A stretch of 64,000 nt of DNA, from the NCBI GenBank assembly GCA_977017645.1, contig OZ360223.1, forward strand, positions 200,384,001 to 200,448,000, in the 5' to 3' direction. The DNA is from Torpedo marmorata (lineage: Eukaryota). Below are positions 23,390 to 36,980 of this stretch, one piece after another. The notes beneath the pieces are model-generated. The model was not told the DNA's origin. It saw nothing but the letters and a program-made list of their open reading frames with translations, and did not search any database. Position numbers and translations under genes: made by a program. Each line of letters opens with the position of its first letter. Position 1 is the first letter of the stretch.

Positions 23390-26300
23390 CTTTACTTTAG
23401 ATTACAACATCTGCAATCTCCTGTGTCTGCAGATAAAATTAAGCAAGTTTGTTATATAAACAGATCCAATATATTGCAAAAAACCTCAATATAGAAATAC
23501 CATTGATGAATACACATGCAAGCAACTTTAAGTGTATCACACTCAAAAAATATCAAAATCTTTTTGCTGAATGACCAGATGATAATATGGCCTTGTGTAC
23601 ATATCAGTTGCTTGCTTCCTCAATTCTGTCAAAAAAGCAGTCCTATTAAGACACACCTAAAAACCCATGTGATCTCACTTTCAAAACTGCTTTGCATCTT
23701 CCTGACTTAAGATTCTCAAGATTGAGATTTTGGGTGCCAAGAACAGATCTCAAAGAATCTGAGCCAGAATGAACTGATATTTGTCAGGAGTTCCAAACAG
23801 AATTGTCAATGTTCACCATTGAAGCAGTAATAAGTCTATAAGTTAATGACCGTTTCAGAGTGCCAAATCTGTTAGCTTGATCTGATGCTGCAATCTTCAA
23901 GTCCCCAATTAGTTTTAAGGGGACAGTGAGGGAAAAATATAGAACATACATAATTGATAGCATGAAATCAAAACAAAATAATGTTTTTGTTAACCATATT
24001 TTCTTAACATATGTTATTTATTTCAATGTTCATAGATTTCATACGTGATACGTCTGCCAATTATTAAAATCAAATTATAATTTTGAGACTGGCAAACTCC
24101 TGCTGCATTGCTCCACTGTGGCACGCAAGGCCCTATTCCAATCCAGATGATAATAAAGGAATTTGGGGCGGCAGGTAATCAGCAGAATGGGACCTCTGAT
24201 GCAGCTCAAATTAAACTCTTGGGAGTTTGAGGTGACAATTCTGAGCAGCGGAATCAGGCAAACATGTCTGGGCATTTTAGAGTGTGAGAATTGGCCCAGC
24301 AAATCAGTTATTGGAGAGAGGAAAATCATGTTTATTTTACGGATTGAGAATTACAGCTAGCTCTCATACAAGCAGAGAAAATGAGCAAACTAAAACTATT
24401 AACAGGAAAGCTGGAATTTCTGACAACTCTAACCTGCATTTCACAACTTTGTGTTTCTCTCTCCCTCTCTCTTCCCCCATCCCTGCCATGAACCTATCAA
24501 CAATTAGTCGATCACTACTGTGGCATTACCCTATCAGAAATATTCACTTTGTCCTGCTAATCCCTCATTTTCCTCTCTGCAACTTCAACTAAGTTGTGTC
24601 CCCTCTTTCCCAGTCTTTGACCTGAACCGTTAACTCTATTTCTCCCTCCACAGATGCTCGGTGGCTTGCTGAGTGTTCCCAGCTGTTTGTTTTAGTTTAG
24701 ATTTTGAACCTATGTAACAGTATATGCTTACGTGTCACTTTTGTTGACAATCAGGAGTTAACCGATATATCGTCAAACAGCATAAGAAATTATTATAGTT
24801 TCAGTCTCTCTAATCAAGTGATGCTGAAACAAAAAATAACAATTTCAGTTCCATCTTGTGTGAAACTGCCATCAGCACTAATAATGTGACACTGATCATA
24901 TTGTTCACTGTGGCACTACAAAATTCAAATAGCGACTAAAATCCATTGAGAATTTTATTTTATATTCAATCACTTAATCATAAATCAATCTTCAATGTCT
25001 GAATGAGATCAAGCCATTGAACACAGCATTAAATATCTGCAACAGACAATTAGCCAGCTAGATATAAATCATTTGAAGAAAAAGGGTTTCAGGCAAGACA
25101 AGCAATTTTCCTTCAACCTACAAAATGTATAATTAACAGTTTACCTCAATACAAGTGCTTCTGGGAGAGTAGTGAGGGAAAAACTGCAAGCCAAGTGTGA
25201 TCAATACTTTCAGAGGCACACTAATTTCATTCTGTTATCATGTGTGATTAAGAATGCGTGTCAGAAAATTGGGAAAACAAACAAGGAAATTACGTTAAAC
25301 AGAAATAAGTCTTTCTGTATTCTTAGTCAAGACAGCTAGCCTAATTTGTGCTTGAAAATAAACTCTTTGGCCAATGATGCACAATTATTCACAATCTTAC
25401 CTCACAATAAACAGGAGAGAAAGATTTACAGCACAGAAAAAAAAAACGAAACATTTATTTCTCCTTTACAACATCTCAACCGTTAAGTCTTACAAGAGTA
25501 ATTATAGCCACTTGGAAATTTACTAGCTCTCACTAAAAATGCTATAGCTATTGTATCTGATTACTTTGAGATACTGCAAGATTTACAATGAAAATATTTT
25601 AACAAGGTGCAATCTACTCGCATTTACACTAATCTACTGCACTTGCTGAAGAATTATTTGAAAATAACTCTCAATGGATTTGGAACTGCTTGGACACCAA
25701 CCATTGGTTGTGTTACCAAATTCACAATCTGATGTGGTGTTCAGTCGTCCATCTTCCAAAGTTGAAGAGATTATGACTCAGACACTTTGTTGCACAATTG
25801 ATTTAAGGAAATGTAAAACCCAGCGGCCCGATGACATGCAATGGTGTCCAATGGCACAAAACATAGTCTATGCTATTTTCACTCAGACGAGAGGTTGAAT
25901 GCTACACAAGGAAACCTTCATACCAAACAAATCTATTTTGGTGCATGCTACCTGTAGAATTCAGTGCTCGAGACTGGTTTCAGGCACATCCACTGACATT
26001 TAAAATTGTACCCTTGGGCCAATACTATCTCTGGCACCCACAATCCTCAGGCATGGTTCCAAACCCACTTCCATTGTTACAACCAAAACTTCAAAGTCCA
26101 ATGTTCCTTTGATTCCATCTCATTGTCTAAAATCACACTACCTCTTCACCAGTTCCTTAACCATCTCCTTCTACTTGAGCACCATATTGAGTAGCAAACT
26201 GTTCACTTCCATTTGCTCTGTATTTCTACAAAAAACAGCAGAAAAGCTTTTGACCTAAAGGCCAATTTTATTCCACGACTTTGGCTTGATACATGATAGA

Positions 26301-26794
26301 ATTTTGCAGTGGAACAAAGTTCATGTATTGCTCCTTTCCATGGACAGAACAACCTACAAATTTAAAATGGTAATAAGACTACCCAATCCCCAACTAAATA
26401 GACCTAAACTCTGGAATTCCTTCCCTAAACAATCTTCCCCTGTAAATCTTTCCTTAAATCTAGTTCTTTGACTAAGCTTTTATTCAACTGTCTTAATATA
26501 TCCTTACACATGTCACTGTCAAATTGTATGTGATAATGCTATTACGAAGTGGCTTCGATGTTTCAATAAGTGAAAGGAACAAAGTGAATTAAAGTTGTTG
26601 TTTCCAAAATAAAGTCTAAATTAAAATACTTTTATTTATTCCAAATAACTGTTCAAGGATAAAGCTAAAATGAAACAATGCCAGATGAAAGGATTTCAAT
26701 GATCACTCTCAGATCAATCTACAGATTTCTTTGGATACCCAAATAGTGGACAATACCAATTCACATTCTGGTTACCAGAAATAACATGAAGAAT

Positions 26795-29700
26795 TAATCA
26801 TTGCAAGATAGAATCCTAGAAGCAGAATATAAAGCAAGGATTTTGTCTGACCATTCACCTTTATTAATGACAGTTGCCGTACCTTATAAAGAAAAATCGA
26901 TATATAGATGGAGATTGAATCCATTATTATTAAAAAGAACAGATTTTTGTGATTTTATAAGGAGGCAAATTCAGATATTTTGTGAAACAAATCTAAACTC
27001 CGTGCATAATAAATTTGTAATATGGGAAACTCTGAGAGTATATCTAAGAGGTCAAATTATAAGTTATTCTTAAAAAATTAAAAAGGAATATATGACAGAA
27101 ATAGACCAATTAGAAACAGAAATAACAATTTTAGAAAAGGATTTACAAGAGAAGTTCTGTAGATAAACATAGACAATTAATTAATAAAAAACTTCAATAT
27201 AATGTATTACAGACTTATAGAACGGAGAAGACTATTATAAGAACCAAGCAAAGATATTATGAATTAGGTGAACAATCACATAAAGTACTAGCATGGCAAT
27301 TAAAAACAGAACTGGCGTCAAGAACAATTAATGCAGTTAAAAGTGAGGCTGATGTTATTAGTTATAAACCCCAAATAATAAATGATTCTTTCAAAAAAAT
27401 TAAATCTAATTTATATAAATCGGAGTCTTTGCAAGATGACAGTAAAATTGATGGATATTTATCACAGATAAATTTACCAAGATTAAATATGCAAGAGCAA
27501 TTAGAATTAAGTACCCAGTTTACACAGAAAGAAGTGAAAGACGCAATGAGTTCATTACAAAGTAGTAAAGCACCGGGAGAAGATGGTTTTCTACCAGAGT
27601 TTTATAAAGAGTTTAAGGAATTATTAATTCCTGTTTTTATGGATATGTTACAACAGGCATCAGTGACTCATATACTCCCGGAATCTTTTTCAACAGCAAT
27701 AATTACAGTAATACCAAAAAAGGATAGAGATCCATTGAAACCTTCGTCTTATAGACCAATTTAATTATTAAATGCAGATTATAAAATTGTAGCTAAAATT
27801 TTGGCTAATAGAATAACAAAATTTTTTGCCTAAATTAGTAAATATGGACCAGACAGGTTTTATAAAAAAAGACAAGCAGCTGACAATGTAGCAAGGTTAC
27901 TTAGTATTATTCATTTAGATCAAAACTAAGTGTTGCGGTGGCATTAGATGCAGAAAAAGCATTTGATAGATTGGAATGGGACTTTTTGTTTAAAGTACTG
28001 GAGAAATTTGGATTTGGACAGACTTATATAAATTCGATTAAAGCATTATATAATGCTCCAAAAGCTAAAGTAGTGACTAATGGACAAACATCAACTCCGT
28101 TCTGTTTGACAAGATCTAGTAGACAAGGGTGCCCATAGTCACCAGCTTTATTTATACTAGCTATAGAACGACTTGCAGAGGCAACTAGAAGCGATTCGGA
28201 AATTAAGGGATTTAGAGTTGGCCAAGAACAACATAAAATTAGTTTATTTGCCGATGATGTTTTAATATATTTGACAGAGCCTGAAACCTCATTGCAAAGA
28301 TTACATTTTAAATTGGAAGAATATGGAAAAGTTTCAGGTTATAAGATAAATTGGGATAAAAGTGAAATTATGCCTTACAGAAGGAGATTATACTGTATGT
28401 AAAAGAAATACTCCATTTAAATGGCTGCATAATGGGATAAAATATTTAGGGATTCGAACAGATAATAATTTTAAAAATTTATATAAATGGAATTATTTTA
28501 CAATTACTTAAAAAGGTTAAAGAAGATTTGTAAAAATTGATTAATTTACCTATAACATTGATAGGAAGAGTTAATTGCATTAAAATGAATATATTTCCAA
28601 GGATACAATATCTGTATCAAACCATACCTATTTTATTACCACAGGGTTTTTTTCAAGATTTAAATAAACAAGTGAGAAAATTTCTTTGGAGAGGTAAAAT
28701 GTCAAGAGTCTCTATGGAACGTTTAACATGGAAATATGAGTTGGGAGGTTTACAACTCCCTAACTTTAAAAATTATTATCGAGCGGCACAAATGAGATTT
28801 ATTACTTTTTTTTTGAAAGTGAAGAAAAACCTGTATGGGTTAGAATAGAGTTAGGAGAAATAGGAGAGAAAGTAGCAGAAGAACTTATATAAAAATTGAA
28901 CTCAAAATTACTGGTAGGAGTTAAAGAAACACCATTATTAAAACACTTGATTATTGCCTGGAACAAGATTAATGATGAGATAGGGACGAAAGGAATTATA
29001 TCAACCAAAACGCCATTGATACAGAATAATGTCATACCTTTTACAAAAGATAATCAATTTTTAAATATATGGTCACAGAAAGGATAGAAGATAGAAGATT
29101 GTTATGAAGGGGATCAATTGATGTCGTTTGTACAGCTAAGAAACAAACATGGAATACCGAATAATACTCTTTTTGTTATTTTCAATTAAGAGGATATTTA
29201 AGGGAAAAATTAGGTTCGGATATTTTGTTACAAAATTGTAGCAAAGTGGAAACTCTTATTAGGAAAGGAAATACTAAAAAATTTACTTCTATAATATATT
29301 CCTTGTTACAAAGGGGAACAAGGACTTCACAAATCTAGACAGAGGTGGGAACAAGATCTTAATGTAATAATTGATGAAAAAATATGGTCGGATTTAAGTC
29401 AGGATACATGACCAACACTATTAATGTAAGATATAGATTAGTACAGTATAACCTTTTACACCAATTATATCTTACACCACAAAAATTGAACAAGATAAAA
29501 TCTACATTATCAAACAAGTGTTTTAGATGTGGTGAAGAAGGGGGATCTTTTTTACATTCAACATGGTTATGCTCCAAGGTAAAATTCTTTTGGATGGAGT
29601 TATGGAATTTGTTAAAACAAATTACGGGTGTTACATTTCCACAAACCCTGATTTTTTTTTATTAGGGAATGTGGAAGGAACTAGACCAAAGTTGAAGTTA

Positions 29701-30277
29701 TCAACATATCAATTGAAATTTGTAAAAATCGCATTAGCAGTAGCAAGGAAGTGTACAGTCGTAACTTGGAAATCAGATACAAATTTAGGTATGGATAGAT
29801 GGAATACAGAGATGCAGAGTTGTATTCCATTGGAAAAAATAACATAATATGAGAAATAAATATGGGTATTTTTTTTGCAAATTTGGTGTCCATATATCCA
29901 ATCATTAGGTATGAATATGTAAGTGTGTTGCTCTACATTCTAGACCCTGTTGACTCTCTCAAATTTAAATAATAAAAATACTGTTGAAAACCTTGCGTCG
30001 AGCTGTGGACACCCCAGCGATCCGTACAGATGTTTTAATAAGTAATATTACATTACTTTCTTTTTTCCTTCTTTTTTTAGTTTTTAGGAAGGGGAAGGAA
30101 TTTAAAGGGAGGGAAAGGATGGAGGGTGGGATAGAAATATCAAATTAAAATTATTACTTAATATTTAAAGTGTTTAGAATGTTATAAGGGTTTGGGGGGG
30201 TTAAGGGAAGGGATAGATACACTGTGTGATACAAATATAATTACGATTTTACTGAAATTAATAATGTATATTATTTA
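26795..30277 (+). mobile_element. Degraded, 5'-truncated L1-clade LINE (ORF2 pseudogene and 3' UTR)
   Basis: Endonuclease end ILSDHSPL; KAPGEDGF; ALDAEKAFDRLEW; RQGCP; FADD at about 28248-28259; C-terminal CFRC...FLHSTWLC; many stops and frameshifts. Confidence 0.92.
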
Positions 30278-32809
30278 CTCCGCCAATCACCGTTCCTGAA
30301 GCATCGACCGTGAGGGCTGTGGGTGCGTCTGACCTGGGGTGGGCCATGAGTGCGGCATTAGCCAGGGCTTCCTTCGCTTCTACGAACGCTCGTGCGGAGT
30401 CATCGTCCCAGGTCAAGTCCTTCGCCTTGCCGATCATCAGGGTGAAGAGTGGGTGCATGGTTCGAGCAGCTGCGGGGATGAATCTGCGATAAAAGTTGAC
30501 CATCCCCACGAACTCCTGCAGTCCTTTGGTCGTACTGGGCCTTGGGAAGTTGCGGATAGCCTCCACCTTGCTGGGTAGTGGCGTGGCCCCGCATTTGATA
30601 ATCCTGTGGCCCAGGAAGTCAATCGTGCTCAGCCCGAACTGGCATTTAGCCAGGTTGATAGTAAGGCCGAACTCATGTCGGCGACTGTGGAGGCTTCAGA
30701 GGTGTTGTAGATGTTCCTGCCGAGTTATGCTCGCCACCAGGATATCGTCTAAGTAGACGATGGTGCTGTCCAGGTCTCGGCCCACCGCGTCCATCATTCG
30801 CTGGAAGGTCTGTGCCGCGTTCTTGAGCCCGAATGGCATCCTCAGGAACTCAAACAGCCCAAATGGCGTGATGATGGCCGTCTTGGGGATGTCGTCAGGG
30901 TGCATCGCGATTTGGTGGTGCCCTCGCACCAAGTCCACTTTGGAGAAGATTGTCGCTACGTGCAGGTTTGCCGCAAAGTCCTGGATATGCAGGACGGGGT
31001 AACGATGTGGAGTGGTTGCCTCGTTAAGCCGGTGGTAGTCGCCGCACGGTCTCGAGCCCCCAGATGCTTTGCGCACCATGTGCAGGCGAGAAGCCCATGG
31101 ACTGTCCGACTGCCGAACGATGCCTAACTCCTCAAGCTTGCGGAACTCCTCCTTGGCCAGTTGAAGTTTCTCCGGGGGAAGTCGTCTCACCCTTGCGTGG
31201 AGAGGTGGACCCTTGGTAAGGATGTGATGCCTGACACCGTGTCAGGGCACCTCCACCATGAACTAAGGGGAAAGGATTGCCGGGAACTCAGCCAGCGCTT
31301 TGGAGAACTCATCGTCCAAGCTGTGGATGGGGTCCAGGTGCAGTGCCGGGAGCCCGGCGCCCCTCAGTGCGAAGGTTTGGAATGTTTCTGCGTGAACGAG
31401 TCTCTTGCCCTTGAAGTCCACTAGGAGGCTGTGGGACCGCAGGAAGTCTGCTCCGAGGAGTGGCTGTTCCACTGCAGCCAGCGTGAACTCCCACGAGAAG
31501 TGACTGCCTCAAAACTGCAACTCAGCCCTACGCTTGCCATATGTCCGTATGCTGCTGTTGTTGGCAGCCCTCAACGTGGGGCCCGCTTGCCTGCATCTAG
31601 TGTCCAAACCTGTCGGGGGCATCACGCTGACCTCCGCTCCTGTATCCACCAAGAATCGTCTACCGGAAAGGCGATCCCATACGTACAGGAGGCTGCCTCG
31701 ATGGCCAGCCGCCGTGGCCAACAGCGACGGCTGGCCTTGTCGTTTCCCTGGAACTCGCAGATGGGGGGCCTTGGAGCCCCATCTTTGGTGGTAGAAGCAC
31801 CATCTCTCCTTGGACTCGTCCCTGCCTCTTGCCTGCCGCTCCTTTCCAGGGCCTGCCTTGGTCTGGTTGCGAGACTTCGTGACGAGCCCAACGGTAGCCA
31901 AGCACATCTGTTTCTGCTTCCACAGACTATCTGCCCGTGCTGCGACTTTCCGGGGGTCACTGAAATCCCCGTCAGCCAGGAGCAGTTGGATGTCCTCGGC
32001 AGCTGCTCCAAGAACGCCTGCTTAATCATGGCGCAGGGCTCGTGGTCACCCAGGAGGGCTAGCATCTCGTTCATGAGCGCTGACAGGGATCTGTTCCCTA
32101 GCCAATCCAGGTGGAGCAGCCGTGCCCCCTCTCTCTCGCCGCAAGAGCCCATAGGTCTCAGTCAATAGCTCTTTGAAGGCAGTGTAAGTGCCTTCCGACG
32201 GTGGCCTCTGGATGAAGTTGGCCACCCTGTCTGCAGTCTCTGGATCCAGGGCGCTGACCACATGGTAGCACCGTGTGGTCTCAGCTGTGATGCCCCGAAT
32301 CTGGACCTGAGCCTCAGCCTGGTCGAACCACACGCCGGGTCGAACTGTCCTGAAGGTCGGGTGCTTGAGGCCGACTGCGCTGATCGCTGCTTCGCTATCC
32401 ATCGCTGGGTTTAGATGCCGTCTAAACCGTCAGGGTCACCAATTGTAGCCGACTGCAACGAAGAAACACACACACGCAGTGTGGAAGGTTAAGCTCTCTG
32501 CTTTATTGAGGCTGGAAATGCTTCTTTTATACAGTTGGAGTTCCCGCCGTTTGGTTGATTGGTTGACATCAGCCACATGAATAACAATCACGGGCGGGAA
32601 CGTTCTTGCATATGAATACCCTTCTTCCCCAGCCTGGTATTGATCTGTTAGCTGGGCAGCTTGGCCAGCGCCATTTTAGGGCTGCTGGTCTTGTACTGCT
32701 CCAGCTTTCAATCGCGCCAGTTCGCTATGCTAAGGGTCGCGTTACAGTGTGTTATGCCGCTGTTTACTACAATGTGCCGGCTCGATCTCAGCGGTGGCGG
32801 GCCGCCACA
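30278..32809 (-). mobile_element. Ty3/Gypsy LTR retrotransposon, 5' half (LTR, PBS, gag, protease, RT, start of RNase H)
   Basis: LTR 32444-32809 (TG...CA); PBS TGGTGACCCTGACG (32441-32428, tRNA-Trp-like); gag MDSEAAISAVGLKHPTF; protease FLVDTGAEVSV; RT MPFGLKNAAQTFQR...YLDD; LTVDAS, then abrupt truncation. Confidence 0.93.
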
Positions 32810-33614
32810 CAAGAACATTTAATTAAGAAACAATAAGTGAATGAATTGTTTATTGCCAAGTGTATTACAATAATAACAAATAAACAAATAAATACTTCAG
32901 GGATTAGTGTTACAATGAGTCAAATGATGCAGGGTACAGAGAAAAATGTACAGTAGTTAAAAACAATGCAAGGGCATTATCTTTTACCAGTGAGACATCC
33001 ATAAAACAGACTGATAACAGCAGGAATGAAACTGCCCTTGATTCTGGAGGGTCTTGTTTTCAAGCACCTTGCTTCCAAACAGTAAATTACATCAACATAC
33101 AATTAATTACATATGTGTCAGTGTTAACATTGAAACATGAAAACAATTATTCACACATGAAACTCACATAAAACCTAATAATGGTACCCTAAGAATCAAT
33201 TAAATTTAATTCTCACAATGCAAACGGTTCAAGCACAAGATTTATAAAATTCACATATTATATATTTATGTATCTAACCAATTAAATATTTTTTACTCCT
33301 GGATATTCTGATGAATACCTGTAACTTAAGCAAAACATAATAATGAAAATAATCTTTTTGCCACATTCTCGTCCATTTAAAACATAAGTTTATATCTCTC
33401 TTGCCCACTTCTGACAGAGTCAATGACCTATAACGTTCACTCACTTTCTCTTGCCAGATGTGATTCAACTTGCTGAGTGCTTCCAGCATTTTCTGTTTTT
33501 ATTAAAAATATAATTATAGCCTGAATTTATTTTTTAAAAATCCATTGTTCTTGTTGGAGAAACAAGAATAATCAGGCACTCCAGGCATTCAAATCTCCTC
33601 TCCAATATTGATTA

Positions 33615-34150
33615 CAGGTAGTCCTCGACTTACAACCGTAATTGGGAACGAAGGAGTGGTCGTAACTCGGATTGGTTGAAAGTCAGATTCATCCTGCCGC
33701 GCATATCTGCTACCACCACCATCAACATTATTTTCAGTTTAAAGCCTTGTTTCCAGCTCTCGTTGTTGTATTTACTTGGATTCTGGTCCCAGCTAATTCA
33801 AGGGAAACCCATCCTTATGGAACAGCTCACCCATCCGAGCTCCTGACACCCCGACCGCCTGCCCATCCGAGCTCCTGACGCACCAGCCACCCGCTCATCG
33901 GAGCTCCAGACGCCCTGACCGCCCACCCATGCGAGCTCCCGACGCCTCGGCCGCCTGCCCATCCGAGCTCCCGACGCACCAGCCACCCGCTCATCGGAGC
34001 TCCAGATGCCCTCACCGCCCACCCATGCGAGCTCTCGATGCCTCGCCCACCCGCCCACCGGAGCTCCCGACCGCATGCCCATCAAAAGTGGTCAAAATTC
34101 CAGTACATAATCCTGAAAACACAAAATTGGTCAGACTGCAACCCGCCTGG
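33615..34150. mobile_element. Tigger/pogo-type MITE remnant hosting a GC-rich minisatellite
   Basis: Left end TA|CAGGTAGTCCTCGACTTAC is typical of Tigger-family TIRs; the right end is degenerate. Confidence 0.55.
33826..34080. repeat. 32-bp minisatellite with 96-bp higher-order repeat
   Basis: GAGCTC recurs at exactly 33837, 33869, 33901, 33933, 33965, 33997, 34029 and 34061; 33855-33950 is nearly identical to 33951-34046. Confidence 0.92.
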
Positions 34151-35409
34151 TTTCAAAAATACAATGCAAATTAATTATGATATTGCACAAAGGAAGTCTA
34201 AATATTAAAAACCTGCAGCCAACAGGAAATTGTGGAGTGAAACAAGAAAGTCTGTAGACACTGTGATTGTAGTAAACTGCTCAGAAATTTAGGCAACTTG
34301 AATGGAGAAATAAAATCTGCTTCAGTTGACGACTCTGCACAACTGGAAAAGAAAGTATGGCAGATAAACTTCCAAAAGAGAAGGGGAGGAGAAGAAAAAC
34401 TGCAAAATAATTCGTTCATACTTGGATAGAAGGCATGAACAATAAATTGGCTATATGGAACGAAGCACAAAGCAAAAGTAAATGGCATTGGGAGAATAGA
34501 AACAAAACACAAATACAGTAATCATTCCAGATGCTACAGTTACAGGAAAAGCAGCAGCATTTCTCAGTAACCTAGAACAGAGGTTGACCATGAGATTTAG
34601 GAAACCCCGTGCTGTAAACTTGCAGTTTCCGACACAGGCTAACGTGGGGGATCGGTTCAACAAACCCTCCGGTTGCCACAAGGTCATCATGCTGGCTGAG
34701 TAACCAATCAGAGAACTGGCAAGGACAGAAAACATTTTTATTTATTTGTTAAACAATTATTGCTGGGCTAAGCATGTCATGAAAAACTCACTTTAAGATA
34801 CTGTAGAATGAAACTAGTCTGTAAAAAGACAGAATTAACATCAGTTCAGATGCTGGATAAGGTGAGAAAAAAGCACAGTTTTAAAGATGCTCCAGATCAC
34901 TGACAGAAATTTGAGAGTTTTCATTTTAAGTCATACATGCACTAAATCTTTGTTTCTCTGTTTTTCCCAGAATACTAAGAGTGAACACTGGTTATTTTGC
35001 TGTTGTTACCATAATAAAATCGGGGACTTTGCGATACATTAATTCTTGCTCACAAAACGAGCCAATGTTGAACTTTCAATCGCACAGAATAAACATGATC
35101 ATTTATCATAATTCTTAACAAGTATTTATGATTTCCAGGCTAGTGCACTGTCTACAATATAACTAAATTGATGAACTACCTCAATGAAACCATAAAAGGA
35201 AACAGCATTTCGAAACTCAAAAGACATTAGGCACCAATTACAGAAATCCACAGACAAGAATGTAAAGTCTGCTAAGATAGACGGTCTCCATGGTTATAAA
35301 CATGATTTACTCAGTGGATACGAGTGAAAATTTTCCTCCTTTGCTTTCCTCTAATCCTGAAAATAGACAAATTGCTCAAACCTGACTTTTTTGTTGTTAG
35401 AACTGCTCT

Positions 35410-36003
35410 TTGAACAATGCTGCCACATAGATTGATAGCGTGCTTTAGAAGGCATATGGTATGCTGGCCATAATTATTCAGGGGCTTGAGTTCAAGAGCC
35501 ACGAGGTAATGCTGCACTTCTATTAAACTCTAGTTGGACCACACGTACACTATTTCAATTCTAGTCACCTGATCACGAAGGATTTGGAAGCTTTTGAGAG
35601 GGTACCCAGGATGCTGCCTGGATTGGAGAAAAGTTTTATGAGAAAAGGCTGAGCAAGCTAGGGCTTTACTCTTTGGAGCAACAGAGGATGAGAGGCGACT
35701 GAATACAGGTGTACAAGATTATGTGAGGCACAGATAGGGTGGACAGCCAGCACCTTTTTCCCAGGGCTGCAATGGCCAATATCAGAAGGGAGATATCAGA
35801 GGTAGAATATTTTATATTTTACACAGAGTGTGGTGGGTGCCTGGAATGCATTGCAAGTGTTGATGGTAGAGGCTGAGACAAGAGGGGCATTTAAAAGAGT
35901 CTAAGATGGTACATGGATGTAAGAAAAATGGAGGGCTATGGGCAGTGAGGCAGGGTAGGGTTAGATTGTGGGCCAAAGGACTGTACTGTGCTCTACTGTT
36001 CCA
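35410..36003 (+). mobile_element. Degraded CR1 3' fragment
   Basis: AGAAGGCATATGGTATGCTGGCC...CACAGAGTGTGGTGGGTGCCTGGAATGC...GGGCCAAAGGACTGTACTGTGCT, the CR1 3' end. Confidence 0.75.
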
Positions 36004-36980
36004 TAGAACATGACAGCACAGTACAGGCCCTTCAGCCCACAATGTTGTGCTGACCGATAGAAACCTACTCAACTAACTAAATCTCCCCTACCTTACAACC
36101 AGAACCCTCTATTTTTCTTGTGTCCATGTGCCTGTCTAAGAGACTTTTAAAAGTCCCTATTGTACCAGCCTCCACTACCACCCCTGGCAATGTATTCCAA
36201 GTGCCCACTGTGTATTCTCTGCATAAAAAACTGACATCTCTCCAAACCTTTCCTCCCTTCACTTTGTACAGATGTCCTCTGGTGTTTGCTACTCTCGTCC
36301 CAGGAAATCAGTGCTTGCTGCCCACTCTATCTATGTCGCTCATAATCTTGAAGACCTCTATTAAGTCACTTCTCATCCTTCTTCGCTCCAAAGAGAAAAG
36401 CCTTGTTCACCTTGCCTCGTAAGACACATTCTCCAAACCAAGCAACATCCTGGTAAATTTCCTCTGCACCCTATCCATAGCTTCCACATCCTTTCTGTAA
36501 TTAGGCGACCAGAACTGGACACAATATTTGAAGTGTTGTCCAACCAGAGTTTTATAGAGCTGCAACATTACCTCATGACTCTTGAACTCAATCCCCCTAC
36601 TAATGAAGGCCAGCATACCATAAGCCTTCTTAACTACCCTATCAACCTGCGCAGCAACCTTGAGAGATCTATGGATTTGGACCCCAAGGTCCCTCTGTTC
36701 TTCCACACTGTTAAGAATCCTGCCATTAACAATGTACCCTGCCTTCAAGTTTGACCTTCCAAAATGCATCACTTCACACTTATCCGGATTGAACTCCATC
36801 TGCCACTTTTCCACCCAACTCTGTGTCCTGACAATATCCTGTTGTAACCTATGACAACTTTCTACACAATCCACAACACCTACAACCTTTTTGCCATCTG
36901 CAAACTTGCTCTACTTCTTTGTCCAGGTCATTTATAAAAATCACAAAGAGCAGGGGTCCTAGAACAGATCTCTGTGGAAC
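36004..36980 (-). mobile_element. CR1 3' fragment, tail-to-tail with the preceding copy
   Basis: ORF 36407-36874 WQMEFNPDKCEVMHFGR...YCVQFWSPNYRKD; VPQRSVLGPLLFVIFINDLD. Confidence 0.88.

Noticed and set aside
31431-32168. 245-aa and other overlapping plus-strand ORFs
   Set aside because: Antisense shadows of the GC-rich Gypsy gag-pol.
35311-35356. Possible 46-nt minus-strand exon (TTTTCAG...GTAAAT)
   Set aside because: No reading frame resembles a MAST exon that I recognise; the donor is weak.
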